Source of the DNA: Sneathiella sp.
GTDB taxonomy: Bacteria > Pseudomonadota > Alphaproteobacteria > Sneathiellales > Sneathiellaceae
Assembly: GCF_002706985.1 (NCBI RefSeq)
Contig: NZ_PAKP01000027.1
DNA length: 64,000 bases
Reading direction: 5' to 3' (one strand)
The notes beneath the pieces are model-generated. The model made no database searches and was not told the origin of the DNA. It saw only the letters and a list, made by a program, of their open reading frames with translations. A program made the position numbers and the translations under genes. The first letter of the stretch is position 1. Every line of letters begins with the position of its first letter. Of this stretch, positions 18,860-29,080 are shown in pieces.

Positions 18860-19495
18860 TTAGTTGCTGCGTGGAATATCCGAGACATATTTCGGAATGT
18901 GATAGCCCTTCTGCACCGCGGGACGATCCGCAATCCGATGATACCAACTCTTTACGTTCGGATATTGTTCCAAATCAATTGTCTGCCACTCAAACCGGGA
19001 AATCCAGGGCCAGATTGCGATATCGGCAATGCTGTAGTCGCCGGCGACGAACGCCCGGTCCGAAAGGGCGGCATCCAGCACGCCGTAAAGCCGTTTCGCC
19101 TCGTTAAGGTATCTCTCCTCGGCATAGGGCGCCTTACCCTGATTGAAGCGCACGAAATGATGGACCTGGCCGCACATGGGGCCGAGACCGCCCATCTGCC
19201 ACATCAGCCATTCCATCATCTGCCAGTAGGCTTTCTCTTCCGTCGGGACCAGCTTGCCGCCTGCCTTCTTCGACAGATACAGCATGATCGCGCCGGATTC
19301 CATCATCCGGATGCCTGTATCGGTATCGACAATCGCCGGAATCCGGCCGTTCGGCGAAATCTCTACAAATTCCGCAGATTTCTGGTCTCCCGCCGTAATA
19401 TCGATGGGATGGACACGATAGTCGAGACCCAGCTCTTCCAGCAGGATCGAGACCTTGCGGCCGTTGGGTGTTCCCCAGGTATAGAATTCAATCAT
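18860..19495 (-). CDS. Glutathione S-transferase family (YfcG/YghU-like)
   Basis: TPNGRKVSILLEEL, SPNGRIPAIVD and MESGAIMLYL motifs. Confidence 0.92.
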   Translation of the reverse strand: MIEFYTWGTPNGRKVSILLEELGLDYRVHPIDITAGDQKSAEFVEISPNGRIPAIVDTDTGIRMMESGAIMLYLSKKAGGKLVPTEEKAYWQMMEWLMWQMGGLGPMCGQVHHFVRFNQGKAPYAEERYLNEAKRLYGVLDAALSDRAFVAGDYSIADIAIWPWISRFEWQTIDLEQYPNVKSWYHRIADRPAVQKGYHIPKYVSDIPRSN

Positions 19496-19516
19496 TGTTC
19501 CTCCTCTTGTATACGG

Positions 19517-21205
19517 TCAGGCTTTCGCCTTCTCGCCCTGCGCCCGCATGCCGGATAAACTCTGCTCCGGCGTCAGTGCCTCCGCATCCACGACCAGTTC
19601 GATCACCGCCGCCGTCCCGCAGGCCTGGGCCGCAGTAAAAACCTCCGCAAACTCATCCGTACTCTCCACACGCTCGCCAAAGGCCCCGTAGGCCCGGGCA
19701 AGCGCCGGAAAATCCGGATTTGAAAGCCCTGTCGCATGCACCCGCGACGGATATTCCCTCTCCTGATGCATACGGATAGTACCGAGCATGCCGTTATTCA
19801 CAATGATGAAGATCACATTTGCATTAAACTGCATGGCCGTTGCCAGTTCCTGACCCAGCATCATGAAACAGCCATCGCCGTTAAAGCTGACAACCGTACG
19901 GTTCGGCTCCGTCAGCTTGGCGCTGATCGCCGCCGGAACGCTGTAGCCCATGGCGCCGCTGGTGGGCGCGAGCTGGGTGCGGTACTTCTTGTGCTGGAAG
20001 AAACGATGGGCCCAGACGGCATAATTGCCCGCCCCGGCGGTGATAATCGCATCCTCGGGCAGCGTCTCGTTCAGGTAAGCGACGATCTTTCCAAGGTTGA
20101 CCGGACCCGGCACCTCCGTCGGCTTGATCCGCGCCAGATAGTCGGCGCGGGCGTTCATAACCCAGCCTTCGCGCGCCTTTACGCCCCCTGGCGCCATGGC
20201 GCGGGCCGCGGCGGCAAATTCGGGCATACGCGCATTGATCGCGATATCCGGAAGATAGACGCGGCCAAGCTCGGAAACACCCGGATGGACATGCACAAGC
20301 GTCATGGACGGGTTCGGAACGTCTACCAATGTATAACCCTGCGTCGTCATTTCGCCAAGGCGCGGCCCGACGACCATCAGCAAATCGCTCTCCTTTATCC
20401 GGGCGGCCAGCTTGGGATTGATGGCAATCCCCACATCCCCGGCATAGTTGGGATGACGGTTGTCGAAGCAGTCCTGCGAGCGGAGCGAGGCACCGACGGG
20501 AATGCCGTGGCTTTCGGCAAAGGCCTGTATGTCATCCACCGCGGCCTGGCTCCAGGTGGAACCGCCGACAATCATGAACGGGCGTTCCGCAACAGCAAGC
20601 TGCGCCTCCAGCGCCATCATGTCCGCCGCGGCGGGCGCAATGCTGTGCGCGATTGCCGGATGGGCGATATCGGCAATGTCCGCCATATCGGTCAGCATAT
20701 CCTCGGGCAGCGCCAGCACAACCGGACCCGGACGGCCGGAAAGCGCGGTATGAAAGGCGCGGCTGACATATTCGGGAATCCGGCGCACGTCATCGATCTC
20801 GGCCACCCATTTGGCCATTTCACCGAACATCCGGCGATAGTCGATCTCCTGAAAGGCTTCACGGTCCAGCGCATCCCGCCCGACTTGACCGACGAACAGG
20901 ATCATCGGCGTGCTGTCCTGAAACGCGGTATGCAGGCCGATGGACGCATTCGTCGCGCCGGGTCCCCGCGTCACCATGCAGATGCCGGGCCGCCCGGTCA
21001 GTTTGCCGTAAGCCTCCGCCATGTTGGAGGCCCCGCCTTCATGCCGTGTGTTGATCATACGGATGCTGTTTGCGTAGCTGTAAAGCCCGTCGATGACCGC
21101 AAGATAGCTCTCGCCGGGGACACAGAAAACCGTGTCCACTCCCTGTAACGCCAGCTGATCCGCCAGTATTTGTCCGCCTGCCCTGGTTTGAAGCGTTTCC
21201 GCCAT
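19517..21205 (-). CDS. ThDP-dependent enzyme, acetolactate synthase large subunit-like
   Basis: VPGESYL, RHEGGAS and the GDG...NN ThDP motif (GDGCFMM...IVNNG). Confidence 0.9.
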   Translation of the reverse strand: MAETLQTRAGGQILADQLALQGVDTVFCVPGESYLAVIDGLYSYANSIRMINTRHEGGASNMAEAYGKLTGRPGICMVTRGPGATNASIGLHTAFQDSTPMILFVGQVGRDALDREAFQEIDYRRMFGEMAKWVAEIDDVRRIPEYVSRAFHTALSGRPGPVVLALPEDMLTDMADIADIAHPAIAHSIAPAAADMMALEAQLAVAERPFMIVGGSTWSQAAVDDIQAFAESHGIPVGASLRSQDCFDNRHPNYAGDVGIAINPKLAARIKESDLLMVVGPRLGEMTTQGYTLVDVPNPSMTLVHVHPGVSELGRVYLPDIAINARMPEFAAAARAMAPGGVKAREGWVMNARADYLARIKPTEVPGPVNLGKIVAYLNETLPEDAIITAGAGNYAVWAHRFFQHKKYRTQLAPTSGAMGYSVPAAISAKLTEPNRTVVSFNGDGCFMMLGQELATAMQFNANVIFIIVNNGMLGTIRMHQEREYPSRVHATGLSNPDFPALARAYGAFGERVESTDEFAEVFTAAQACGTAAVIELVVDAEALTPEQSLSGMRAQGEKAKA

Positions 21206-21309
21206 TTTCTTCCCTTCGGATTATTGTCGTTGGATCATTATATGATCCCAATAAATCGCACAGGCAAGTTAATCGCAAGATATTACGATTGTTTTATGTC
21301 AGCAGGATT

Positions 21310-22107
21310 TCAGCTCTGCCGTTTCAACGTCCCCAATAGCGACAACAGCGCGAACATGATGGCGGCGGCGGTCACGATGCTGGGGCCGGAGGGTGTATCG
21401 AACTCAACAGAGCCCGATATCCCGCCCACGACGGCGATCAGGCCGAGGACGGCGGCCCAGATCGCCATGCTCTCGGGCGAGGTGACAAGCTGCCGCGCCG
21501 TCGCCGCCGGAATAATCAGCATCGAGGTGATCAGAAGGATACCGACAATGCGGATCGAGACCGCCACCACGATCGTCATCAGCAGCATGAGAAGGATGTT
21601 GGTCCAGACCGTATTCACCCCTTCCGCCCGCGCGAGGTCCTCATGCAATGTCATCAGGGTGAGGGACGACCAGTTGAGCGCGAGAAGGCCAAGCACCAGC
21701 GCGCCGCCACCATAAATCCAGTAAAGGTCCACCATCCGGACGGTCAGGATATCGCCGAACAGATAGCTGTAGAGATCGAAGCTGACATTGTTCAGGAAAC
21801 TGAGCGCCACCATGCCAATGGACAGCGCCGCATGGGCAAGAATGCCGAGCAATGTATCCGTCGCCAGCACCCGCCGCTGCTGCAGCCAGACAAGCAACAG
21901 CGCAAAAACCGCACAGATAATGACTGTCGAGAGGTTTATGTTGAGGCCGTATAGCAGACCGAGCGCAATCCCGAGAAGTGCGCTATGGGCCAGCGAATCG
22001 CCGAAATAGGCCATCCGCCGCCAGACCACGAAACAGCCGAGCGGCCCGGCAATCAGCGCAACGCCGATCCCGGCGGCCAGCGCCCGCAGGATAAAATCAT
22101 CCATCAT
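21310..22107 (-). CDS. znuB: Zinc ABC transporter permease
   Basis: GPLGCFVVWRRMAYFGDSLAHSALLG and IPAATAR motifs. Confidence 0.93.
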   Translation of the reverse strand: MMDDFILRALAAGIGVALIAGPLGCFVVWRRMAYFGDSLAHSALLGIALGLLYGLNINLSTVIICAVFALLLVWLQQRRVLATDTLLGILAHAALSIGMVALSFLNNVSFDLYSYLFGDILTVRMVDLYWIYGGGALVLGLLALNWSSLTLMTLHEDLARAEGVNTVWTNILLMLLMTIVVAVSIRIVGILLITSMLIIPAATARQLVTSPESMAIWAAVLGLIAVVGGISGSVEFDTPSGPSIVTAAAIMFALLSLLGTLKRQS

Positions 22108-22892
22108 CGCGCCGCCTTTTCTTCGTGAGAATGGTCATGATGATGGCCGGATGTTCCGTCATGGTGATGTGCATGATCATGGTCGTGGTCATGATCGTGG
22201 CTGTGGTTATAGACCGCCATCAGTCGCGCCATATCATTGCCGAACAGGCTGATAAATTCCGGGTCCCGCGTCACCATATGCGGCTCGCCGGAGCAGCAGA
22301 TATGATGGAAGAGGCAGACAACCTCCCGCGTGCTCGACATCACGAGATGAAGATCGTGCGACACCATCAGGATACTGACATCCCTCTCGGCGTAGATCTT
22401 CTCGATCAGCTTGTAAAAGGCGAGCTGCCCGGTCACATCCAGATTCTGCGCCGGCTCGTCCAGCACCAGAAGGTCCGGATCATCCAGCAGCGCCCGCGCC
22501 AGCAAAACCCGCTGCAGCTCCCCGCCCGAGAGGACATGAAGCGGCTTGTCGAGAATATCCTCGATTGCTGTTTCCTCGGCGACGGTTGCCAGTTTTGCCT
22601 TGCCGGCTTTCTTGCGCAGGGTGAGGAACCGCCGCACCCGGATCGGGACCGTATGATCCGCCACCAGGCGCTGCGGCACATAGCCGATTTTCAGGCCGTC
22701 CCGGCGGAACACGTCCCCCTCTGAGGGAGCATAAAACCCCATCATGCATTTGAGCAGCATGGACTTGCCCGCGCCGTTCGGGCCGATAATGGTGATAAAA
22801 TCCTTCTCGCCAATGCTGAGAGAGACATTCTCCAGGATGCTATTCCCGTCACGAAGGACGCTGACCCCGCGGGCCGAGAGCAACTCTCCCAT
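22104..22892 (-). CDS. znuC: Zinc ABC transporter ATPase with His-rich tail
   Basis: GPNGAGKS, LSGGELQR, LLVLDEP and CCSGEP; His-rich C-terminus. Confidence 0.93.
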   Translation of the reverse strand: MGELLSARGVSVLRDGNSILENVSLSIGEKDFITIIGPNGAGKSMLLKCMMGFYAPSEGDVFRRDGLKIGYVPQRLVADHTVPIRVRRFLTLRKKAGKAKLATVAEETAIEDILDKPLHVLSGGELQRVLLARALLDDPDLLVLDEPAQNLDVTGQLAFYKLIEKIYAERDVSILMVSHDLHLVMSSTREVVCLFHHICCSGEPHMVTRDPEFISLFGNDMARLMAVYNHSHDHDHDHDHAHHHDGTSGHHHDHSHEEKAAR

Positions 22893-22896
22893 CAGC

Positions 22897-23361
22897 TTAA
22901 TGCGTCCTGCGGCAATCACCGCATTCGCCGGTGATCTCAAGCGTGACGTGATCGGCGACGAACTCGTTCCGCTGGCTGGTTTTTGAAATGATATCCGTAA
23001 TATCGGGGTTGCAGCATTCCTTCGCCTCCCCGCAATCGGAGCAGATCAGGAAGTAGCATTCGCGATGCTTGAGCGGATGGCTGCAGCCGACAAAGGCGTT
23101 GAGGCTGCTGATCTTGTGGACAAGGCCGTTTTCCGTCAGAAATTCCAACGCACGATAAACCGTCGGCGGCTTGATCGCGGCAATCCGCTGATCCAGCCTG
23201 TCGAGAATATCATAGGCCTTGATCGGCCCGTGGCTCTGCCAGACCAGTTCCAGCACCTTGCGTCGCACGTCCGTGAAGCGTAAATCCCGCTCGGCGCAGA
23301 TTTCCTCCGCCCGTTCCAGGGCATCGGCAATGCAGTCATTATGGGTCGTGCAATTATGCAT
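22897..23361 (-). CDS. zur: Zinc uptake regulator (Fur family)
   Basis: PPTVYRALEFL, CSHP and CSDC...CGDC motifs; adjacent to znuABC. Confidence 0.9.
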   Translation of the reverse strand: MHNCTTHNDCIADALERAEEICAERDLRFTDVRRKVLELVWQSHGPIKAYDILDRLDQRIAAIKPPTVYRALEFLTENGLVHKISSLNAFVGCSHPLKHRECYFLICSDCGEAKECCNPDITDIISKTSQRNEFVADHVTLEITGECGDCRRTH

Positions 23362-23394
23362 TAAAAAAATTCCAAAAGGACAATTGACATGGTT

Positions 23395-23411
23395 ATGTTA
23401 TAATATAACAT
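23395..23411. promoter_or_regulatory. Zur box
   Basis: ATGTTATA-A-TATAACAT palindrome between the divergent zur and znuA; matches the proteobacterial Zur consensus. Confidence 0.9.
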
Positions 23412-23449
23412 TGCGCCTCTTCGCAACCGGAAAGTCGAAAATATATCTC

Positions 23450-24463
23450 ATGACCAGAATTTTTATAAGCCTGATGTTCGCCCTCCTGCTCACCGGGACC
23501 GCCTCCGCGGCCTCCGAAAGGGATGTCGTGGTGACGATCAAACCCCTGCATTCGCTGGTTCAGGGGGTGATGGGAGACACGGGAGAGGCAACCTTGCTGA
23601 TCGAGGGGGCGCAGTCCCTTCACGGCTTTTCCCTTAAACCCTCTCAGGTGAAATATCTGCAGAAGGCCAGAATTGTCTTCTATGTCGATGAGACGATGGA
23701 GAGCTTCCTGAAAACCGCGCTCGACTCCCTGCCCGAGGGTGTTCACAAGGTGCCGTTCGCCCGCCTGCCGGGCATCGAGCTGCTGGAACGGCGCGAGGGT
23801 GGCGCATGGGATGAGCATGATCACGATCATGGACATAGCCACACTCATGAGCATGACGAAGAGCATAAGCACGCCCATGAAGATGAACACGACCATAAAC
23901 ATGGTGATACGCATAATCACGGAGAGGGGGCAGAGCACGGGCTGGAGGAAGACAATCTTCATATCTGGCTGGATCCGGAAATTGCACAGAAGATTGTTCT
24001 TGTCGTTGCGGAAGAACTTGCCGAACTATATCCCGAGAACCGGGGCATCTACATAGCCAATGCCGAAACGATGACAGCCCGGCTCGTAGAAATGGATGCG
24101 GAGCTTGCAGAAAAACTCGCACCGGTGCAGGATCAGCCCTATGTCGTGCTTCATGACGCCTATCCCTATTTCGAGCGACGCTATAATTTAATGGCGGTCG
24201 GCTCCCTGACGCTGGATCCCGAGGCGCCTGCGTCTGCGAAAAAGCTCAAAGACATCCGGGCGAAACTTAAGGAAACGAGCGCCCGCTGTATCTTTCGCGA
24301 ACCGCAGTTCGATGACAGGCTGGTCCGCACAGCGGCCGAGGGATTGGATATAAAGTTCGGCACCCTCGATCCGCTCGGGGCGGATATCGAACCCGGGGAA
24401 GACCTTTATTTCAGCTTGCTGAACAGGTTGGCGAACAATGTCGCCGACTGCCTCGGCAAGTGA
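23450..24463 (+). CDS. znuA: Zinc ABC transporter substrate-binding protein
   Basis: VVVTIKPLHSLV, HGFSLKPS, long His-rich loop, LHIWLDP and VLHDAYPYFE. Confidence 0.93.
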   Translation: MTRIFISLMFALLLTGTASAASERDVVVTIKPLHSLVQGVMGDTGEATLLIEGAQSLHGFSLKPSQVKYLQKARIVFYVDETMESFLKTALDSLPEGVHKVPFARLPGIELLERREGGAWDEHDHDHGHSHTHEHDEEHKHAHEDEHDHKHGDTHNHGEGAEHGLEEDNLHIWLDPEIAQKIVLVVAEELAELYPENRGIYIANAETMTARLVEMDAELAEKLAPVQDQPYVVLHDAYPYFERRYNLMAVGSLTLDPEAPASAKKLKDIRAKLKETSARCIFREPQFDDRLVRTAAEGLDIKFGTLDPLGADIEPGEDLYFSLLNRLANNVADCLGK

Positions 24464-24466
24464 CCG

Positions 24467-24787
24467 TCACCCCTTTTCCGCGCAGTTTATGCAGATGGTC
24501 GTATAGGGCAAGGCCTTCAGGCGGGCTTCGTTGATCTCTTCGCCGCAAGACGAGCAGGTCTGATATTCCCCGCTGGAAATGCGCTCAAGGGCGAAGCGGA
24601 TCAGGGCGATTTCTCGGGTCACGCTTTCTTCGAGCCGTTCATCGACCTCGTCGCCTTCCCGTTCGACCGCCTGCTCGCTGAAAGAGGCGCTATGGCTCCC
24701 GCGAAGGCGTTGCTCAATGTCCTTTAACCGCTGTTCCCCCTCGGTCAGCATATCCCGCAGTTGTTTTTCGGCAGCATTCATATCCAC
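24467..24787 (-). CDS. TraR/DksA C4-type zinc finger protein
   Basis: CSSCGEEI...RLKALP...CINC. Confidence 0.88.
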   Translation of the reverse strand: MDMNAAEKQLRDMLTEGEQRLKDIEQRLRGSHSASFSEQAVEREGDEVDERLEESVTREIALIRFALERISSGEYQTCSSCGEEINEARLKALPYTTICINCAEKG

Positions 24788-24983
24788 GGATCATTCTCCT
24801 GCAAAAACTTTTGTCTCCCACAATACCCTGAAACATCATGATAGCATTGATATGGATCAAGACAAAATCACGCGCAAGGCAACGGAGATTTCGAATATCA
24901 TGTCAGAATTCGGATAGTTTCCCGCGGAACCGGATGACAATATGCTCCGATAATAGAAGTCTGGTTGTGAATGAGGGTTAGGG

Positions 24984-25895
24984 ATGTCGTTGCGAACCTG
25001 GGGAATGTTGATCGCCCTGTCGTTTCTTTGGGGCGGCACCTTTTTCTTTATCGAGCTGGCGCTTGTTGACTTCACGCCCTTCACGATTGTTTTTCTGCGG
25101 GTCTCCGTCGCCGCGCTGGCGCTGCTCGCCTATCTGCTGGTGACGGGAGAGGCAATCCCCCGCGACGCGGCGATCTGGGCGGCCTTTCTGGTCATGGGCC
25201 TGCTCAACAATATTATTCCCTTCAGCCTGATCACCTGGGGACAGACCCATATTACGGGGAGCGTCGCGTCGATCCTGAACGCCACGACGCCCCTGTTCGC
25301 GGCTATTCTTGCTCATTTCTTCACCCGTGACGAGAAACTCCGGCGGCATAAACTCTTTGGCATTCTGCTCGGCTATTGCGGTGTCTTCATCATGATGCAG
25401 CCAACGCTGGTGGATGGCTTCAGCCTTCAGAGCCTCGGCCAGATCGCCATTCTCGGGGCCGCGCTTTCCTATGGCTTTGCCGGTATCTGGGGCAAGCGGC
25501 TGGGGCGCAGCTCGGCGCTGGTTAATGCCTTCGGCATGCTTGCCTGCTCCAGCATCGTCATGCTCCCCGTCGTGCTGGTGCTGGAGGCACCGTTCAGCGC
25601 AACACCCTCCCTGATCAGCATCGGGGCGATGCTGTGCCTCGCGCTCGCCGGAACGGCACTCGCCTATATTCTTTATTTCCGGGTTCTGGTATTGGCAGGG
25701 GCAGTCAATCTGCTGCTGGTGACGTTCCTTATCCCGGTGACCGCCCTGATCCTCGGCGTCGGCGTCCTGGGGGAGACAGTCCATCCCTTCGCCCTGATCG
25801 GCACCGCCGTTATCTTTGCCGGGCTCGCCCTCATTGACGGACGCATCCTCGGGCTGCTTCGGAAAAGGCCGGGGCCGGGCCGGGAAATCCCCTAA
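24984..25895 (+). CDS. DMT/EamA family transporter
   Basis: About 10 TM segments; WGGTF and ASILNATTPLF motifs. Confidence 0.9.
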   Translation: MSLRTWGMLIALSFLWGGTFFFIELALVDFTPFTIVFLRVSVAALALLAYLLVTGEAIPRDAAIWAAFLVMGLLNNIIPFSLITWGQTHITGSVASILNATTPLFAAILAHFFTRDEKLRRHKLFGILLGYCGVFIMMQPTLVDGFSLQSLGQIAILGAALSYGFAGIWGKRLGRSSALVNAFGMLACSSIVMLPVVLVLEAPFSATPSLISIGAMLCLALAGTALAYILYFRVLVLAGAVNLLLVTFLIPVTALILGVGVLGETVHPFALIGTAVIFAGLALIDGRILGLLRKRPGPGREIP

Positions 25896-27424
25896 AACGA
25901 TACCGGTGGCCAGTTCGCCAGCCGATGCTCGCCTACCCCGTTGGTCAGCGAGCGGCTATGTATGGCCAGCCTTGATATCAGGTAGGACCGCGTTTCCCGC
26001 GGATCTATGACGGCGTGGCCGAGATAGGGCGCCGCAAGACTGTAAGGGGTGGTGTCCGATGACAGTTCCGCCGTCAGTTCCTCAAGCGATTTGCCGCTGC
26101 CGTCCTCCTTCCCCGTGAAGACAACGCTCGCGGCGATTTTCGGGTCCATAAAGCTGATCTCGGAGGAAAACCAGGCCGCCGTTTCATCCGCCTTGCCGCC
26201 GCCCATGTTGATATAGGCCTGGCCGAAACTCTTGCGAAGAACGAGGGCGATCTTGGGCACGGTCGCCTCCTCCACGGCCGCGAGGAAATTCATGATCCGG
26301 CCCGCCATGCCGCGCCGCTCCGCCTCCGTCCCGATCAGGAAGCCCGGCGTATCCGCCATAAAGACAAGCGGCACGTTGAAACTGTCGCACAGGACAATGA
26401 AATTCGTGATCTTGGAGCAGGAATCGGCATCCAGAGCTCCGCCCTTGTATCGCGGGTTTGTCGCAATGATGCCAACCGTCTGCCCTCCAAGTCGGGCAAG
26501 ACCGGTGACCGCCGGGCGGGCAAAGCGTTCCTTCAACTCAAAAAAGCTGTCGGGATCGACAATGGCTTCGATCGCGCGGCGAATGTCATAAGTCTTCCGC
26601 CGTTCAATCGGCACCAGATCCGGCAGATCCGTCCCCCGGTCATCCGCCCCGGCCGGAACGGGAACAACCGGCGGCGCCATGCGGTTATGATCCGGCAGAT
26701 AGGAGAGGAATTTCCGGATCGCGAGAAGGGCTTCCTCATCGCTGTCCACGATCTTGTCGATCAGGCCGGTAATCTTCCCATGCACATTCGTCCCGCCAAG
26801 CTCCTCCAGCGATCCCGTCTCCCCGATCGAGCCCGACGTGACGTTCGGGCTGGAGACCGCCAGAATGGCACCACGGCGCATGACCGTAAAATCGGACAGC
26901 ACACAGGAGAACGCACCGCGGCCATAGGTCAGACCCAGCACCCCGGCCGCCGTCGGAACGACGCGGCGGCTGAAATAGCGGCCCGACTCGCCCCCGGCCC
27001 CGATCCCGGCGGCCCCCATGACATCGGGCAGCCGACCACCGCCGCATTCCATCAGATTGATGAGCGGATGACCGTTTTTCACGCACAGGTCTCGGATATG
27101 ATTGTATTTTTTAAGCTGGACCCGGCCGGAAGAGGCGGCAACGGTCGAGAAATCCGCCGAATTGATCCCCATCATCCGCCCATCGACCGAGCCGAAACCG
27201 CACACGGCGGAATCAGCGGGCGTCCGGTCCCGCATGTCCGGGTTTATGCTGGTTGCGAAAAGCCCGAACTCCTCGAAGCTGCCGTCTTCGACCAGCGCCG
27301 TTATCCGCTCCCGGGCATTCAGGATCCCGCCCTCTTTACGCGCCGCGAGATGACGCGGAGAGCCCATGGCCTCGGCCTTGCTCTTGCGCTTTTCAAATTC
27401 GGACAGTTTTTCCTCGAAGCTCAT
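25892..27424 (-). CDS. Acyl-CoA carboxylase carboxyltransferase subunit
   Basis: LNARERI, ECGGGRLPD, GLARLGGQTVGIIA and DTPGFLIG motifs. Confidence 0.88.
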   Translation of the reverse strand: MSFEEKLSEFEKRKSKAEAMGSPRHLAARKEGGILNARERITALVEDGSFEEFGLFATSINPDMRDRTPADSAVCGFGSVDGRMMGINSADFSTVAASSGRVQLKKYNHIRDLCVKNGHPLINLMECGGGRLPDVMGAAGIGAGGESGRYFSRRVVPTAAGVLGLTYGRGAFSCVLSDFTVMRRGAILAVSSPNVTSGSIGETGSLEELGGTNVHGKITGLIDKIVDSDEEALLAIRKFLSYLPDHNRMAPPVVPVPAGADDRGTDLPDLVPIERRKTYDIRRAIEAIVDPDSFFELKERFARPAVTGLARLGGQTVGIIATNPRYKGGALDADSCSKITNFIVLCDSFNVPLVFMADTPGFLIGTEAERRGMAGRIMNFLAAVEEATVPKIALVLRKSFGQAYINMGGGKADETAAWFSSEISFMDPKIAASVVFTGKEDGSGKSLEELTAELSSDTTPYSLAAPYLGHAVIDPRETRSYLISRLAIHSRSLTNGVGEHRLANWPPVSF

Positions 27425-27607
27425 GCGTTCCCTCTCTTTTTATCGTTTTTGTCAGACATCGCACTTAACAGGGATGGGCCAATTCAGGCCCAATTGCAAA
27501 CAATAAATAAAGGATATCTGCACCTTAGCGTATCCGGTCAAAACTAAAGGTTGCGCTATCAGATGTGATTGATCTATTTAAAGAGGAACACTTATTGAGG
27601 GAACAGA

Positions 27608-28264
27608 ATGAGATATTTTTCGATTATCTGGATATTTTTACTTGCAAGCTGCGCAAGCAATGACAAGCCGGTCGACATTTCCGATGTAGATCTGAACAAC
27701 GCCTATGTCATTGGCTGGTATGTGACGTATAGCGACATCTGCCGGACCTATAATGGAAGCGGCGCGGACATTAAGGTCATCCATGCGATCAAAGAACGGT
27801 TCAAATGGTCTGACAGCTTCAAGAGGGGGTATGATTATAATCGGAACTATTTCGCTTATGACACCGTTACCGGTCTTAAACGTTGCGATGAGGCGAAAGC
27901 GGTTTTGAACGCGGTTTACAACGGGGAAACAAGTAAAGGGGCCGAATTACAATACTATCTTGATCTCGCGTGGGAGGGTCTTCTACCCGCACGGGAAGTT
28001 TTTCCGGTGAAAGTCAATGAGGTTGGCCGGGCCGGACATGTCAAATCCGCCTCTTTGATCGGTGGCAAGAAATGCGATGCGATCTTCCGCTATGATGAGA
28101 GCGGGCAGGGCGATTGGGAAGTAACTTGCACGGACGGCACCAAAGCGAAAGGCAAACTGCAAACACTCAGTTCCGGAAACGGGTCCAAAGGGACTGGTTT
28201 TGACAGTGAAGGCAACAAGATCGATTTCAGGATCACCCGGGATCGGCCCGGAACCTCGACATAA
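27608..28264 (+). CDS. Hypothetical lipoprotein
   Basis: Lipobox LLASC; AT-richer codon usage than neighbours. Confidence 0.65.
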   Translation: MRYFSIIWIFLLASCASNDKPVDISDVDLNNAYVIGWYVTYSDICRTYNGSGADIKVIHAIKERFKWSDSFKRGYDYNRNYFAYDTVTGLKRCDEAKAVLNAVYNGETSKGAELQYYLDLAWEGLLPAREVFPVKVNEVGRAGHVKSASLIGGKKCDAIFRYDESGQGDWEVTCTDGTKAKGKLQTLSSGNGSKGTGFDSEGNKIDFRITRDRPGTST

Positions 28265-28271
28265 ATTCTGA

Positions 28272-28826
28272 CTAGGCCAGAAGCGCGACCAGCCCGGTCA
28301 GAACAAACGCCGCCACCGCGACAAGGCGGGCGATTTTAAGCGGAATATGCTTCATCAGCGCCGCGCCGAGCAGGACGACCGGGATATTCGCAAGCATCAT
28401 CCCGAGTGTCGTGCCGAGGGTAACGGGCAGAATGGCCGTGAAATGCGCGCCCAGGAGGACCGTTGCGATCTGCGTTTTATCGCCGATTTCCGCGAGGAAG
28501 AACAGCAATGTCGACACCATAAAAGCGCCGTAGCCGTCATAGCGTGCTGTCGGTTCCTCATCCTTGTCCGGGATCAGCAACCAGAGCCCGACCACGATAA
28601 AGCTGCCAGCGATAAGCCATTGCCCCATTTCGCTCTCAAGAAACTGCCCGAGCCAGACCCCGGCTCCCGCAGAGACCGCATGATTGGCCAGGGTGGCGAC
28701 AAGGATACCGGCGATGATGCTCCAGGGTTTGTTGAACCTTGCAATCAGGAACAGCGACAAAAGCTGGGTTTTATCCCCGATTTCGGCAAGGGCGACGGTG
28801 AAGGTAGAGGTGAGAAACGCTTCCAT
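28272..28826 (-). CDS. TMEM165/GDT1 (UPF0016) Mn2+/Ca2+ transporter
   Basis: Two EIGDKTQ motifs; start at MEAFLTS. Confidence 0.92.
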   Translation of the reverse strand: MEAFLTSTFTVALAEIGDKTQLLSLFLIARFNKPWSIIAGILVATLANHAVSAGAGVWLGQFLESEMGQWLIAGSFIVVGLWLLIPDKDEEPTARYDGYGAFMVSTLLFFLAEIGDKTQIATVLLGAHFTAILPVTLGTTLGMMLANIPVVLLGAALMKHIPLKIARLVAVAAFVLTGLVALLA

Positions 28827-28889
28827 AATGACTTTCCAGCGGGACGAAAACCAAGAACAAACACCGGCCTCCCGCAGACGGGACCGTTG

Positions 28890-29008
28890 TTTGCCTTGGG
28901 TCTTGTCGGCGATGCGGCCAAACGCACCGCGACCCTGCCACAGGCCGTGAGGGCCCGAGTATGTTGACAGGGTCACTCATTGGAAGTTGAGCAGACTACT
29001 CCCCCATG
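28890..29008 (-). ncRNA. yybP-ykoY (Mn2+-sensing) riboswitch
   Basis: Minus strand GGGGAGTAG...GTCAACATACTC...GTGGC...AAGACC upstream of a UPF0016 gene, its usual context. Confidence 0.85.
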
Positions 29009-29080
29009 ACAGGGCGCACACTACAGATCAGAATGCGCCTTGTCCATGCGAATACGCACTCAAAAGACGCGCCGCACTCC

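Noticed and set aside
18860-21205. GST and ThDP enzyme as part of the NRPS-PKS cluster
   Set aside because: They are co-oriented, but an AT-rich promoter-like gap separates them from the NRPS and both are common housekeeping-type genes; no positive evidence of linkage.
23815-23935. Repetitive CAT/GAx-rich tract as a possible repeat array
   Set aside because: It encodes the His-rich loop of ZnuA.
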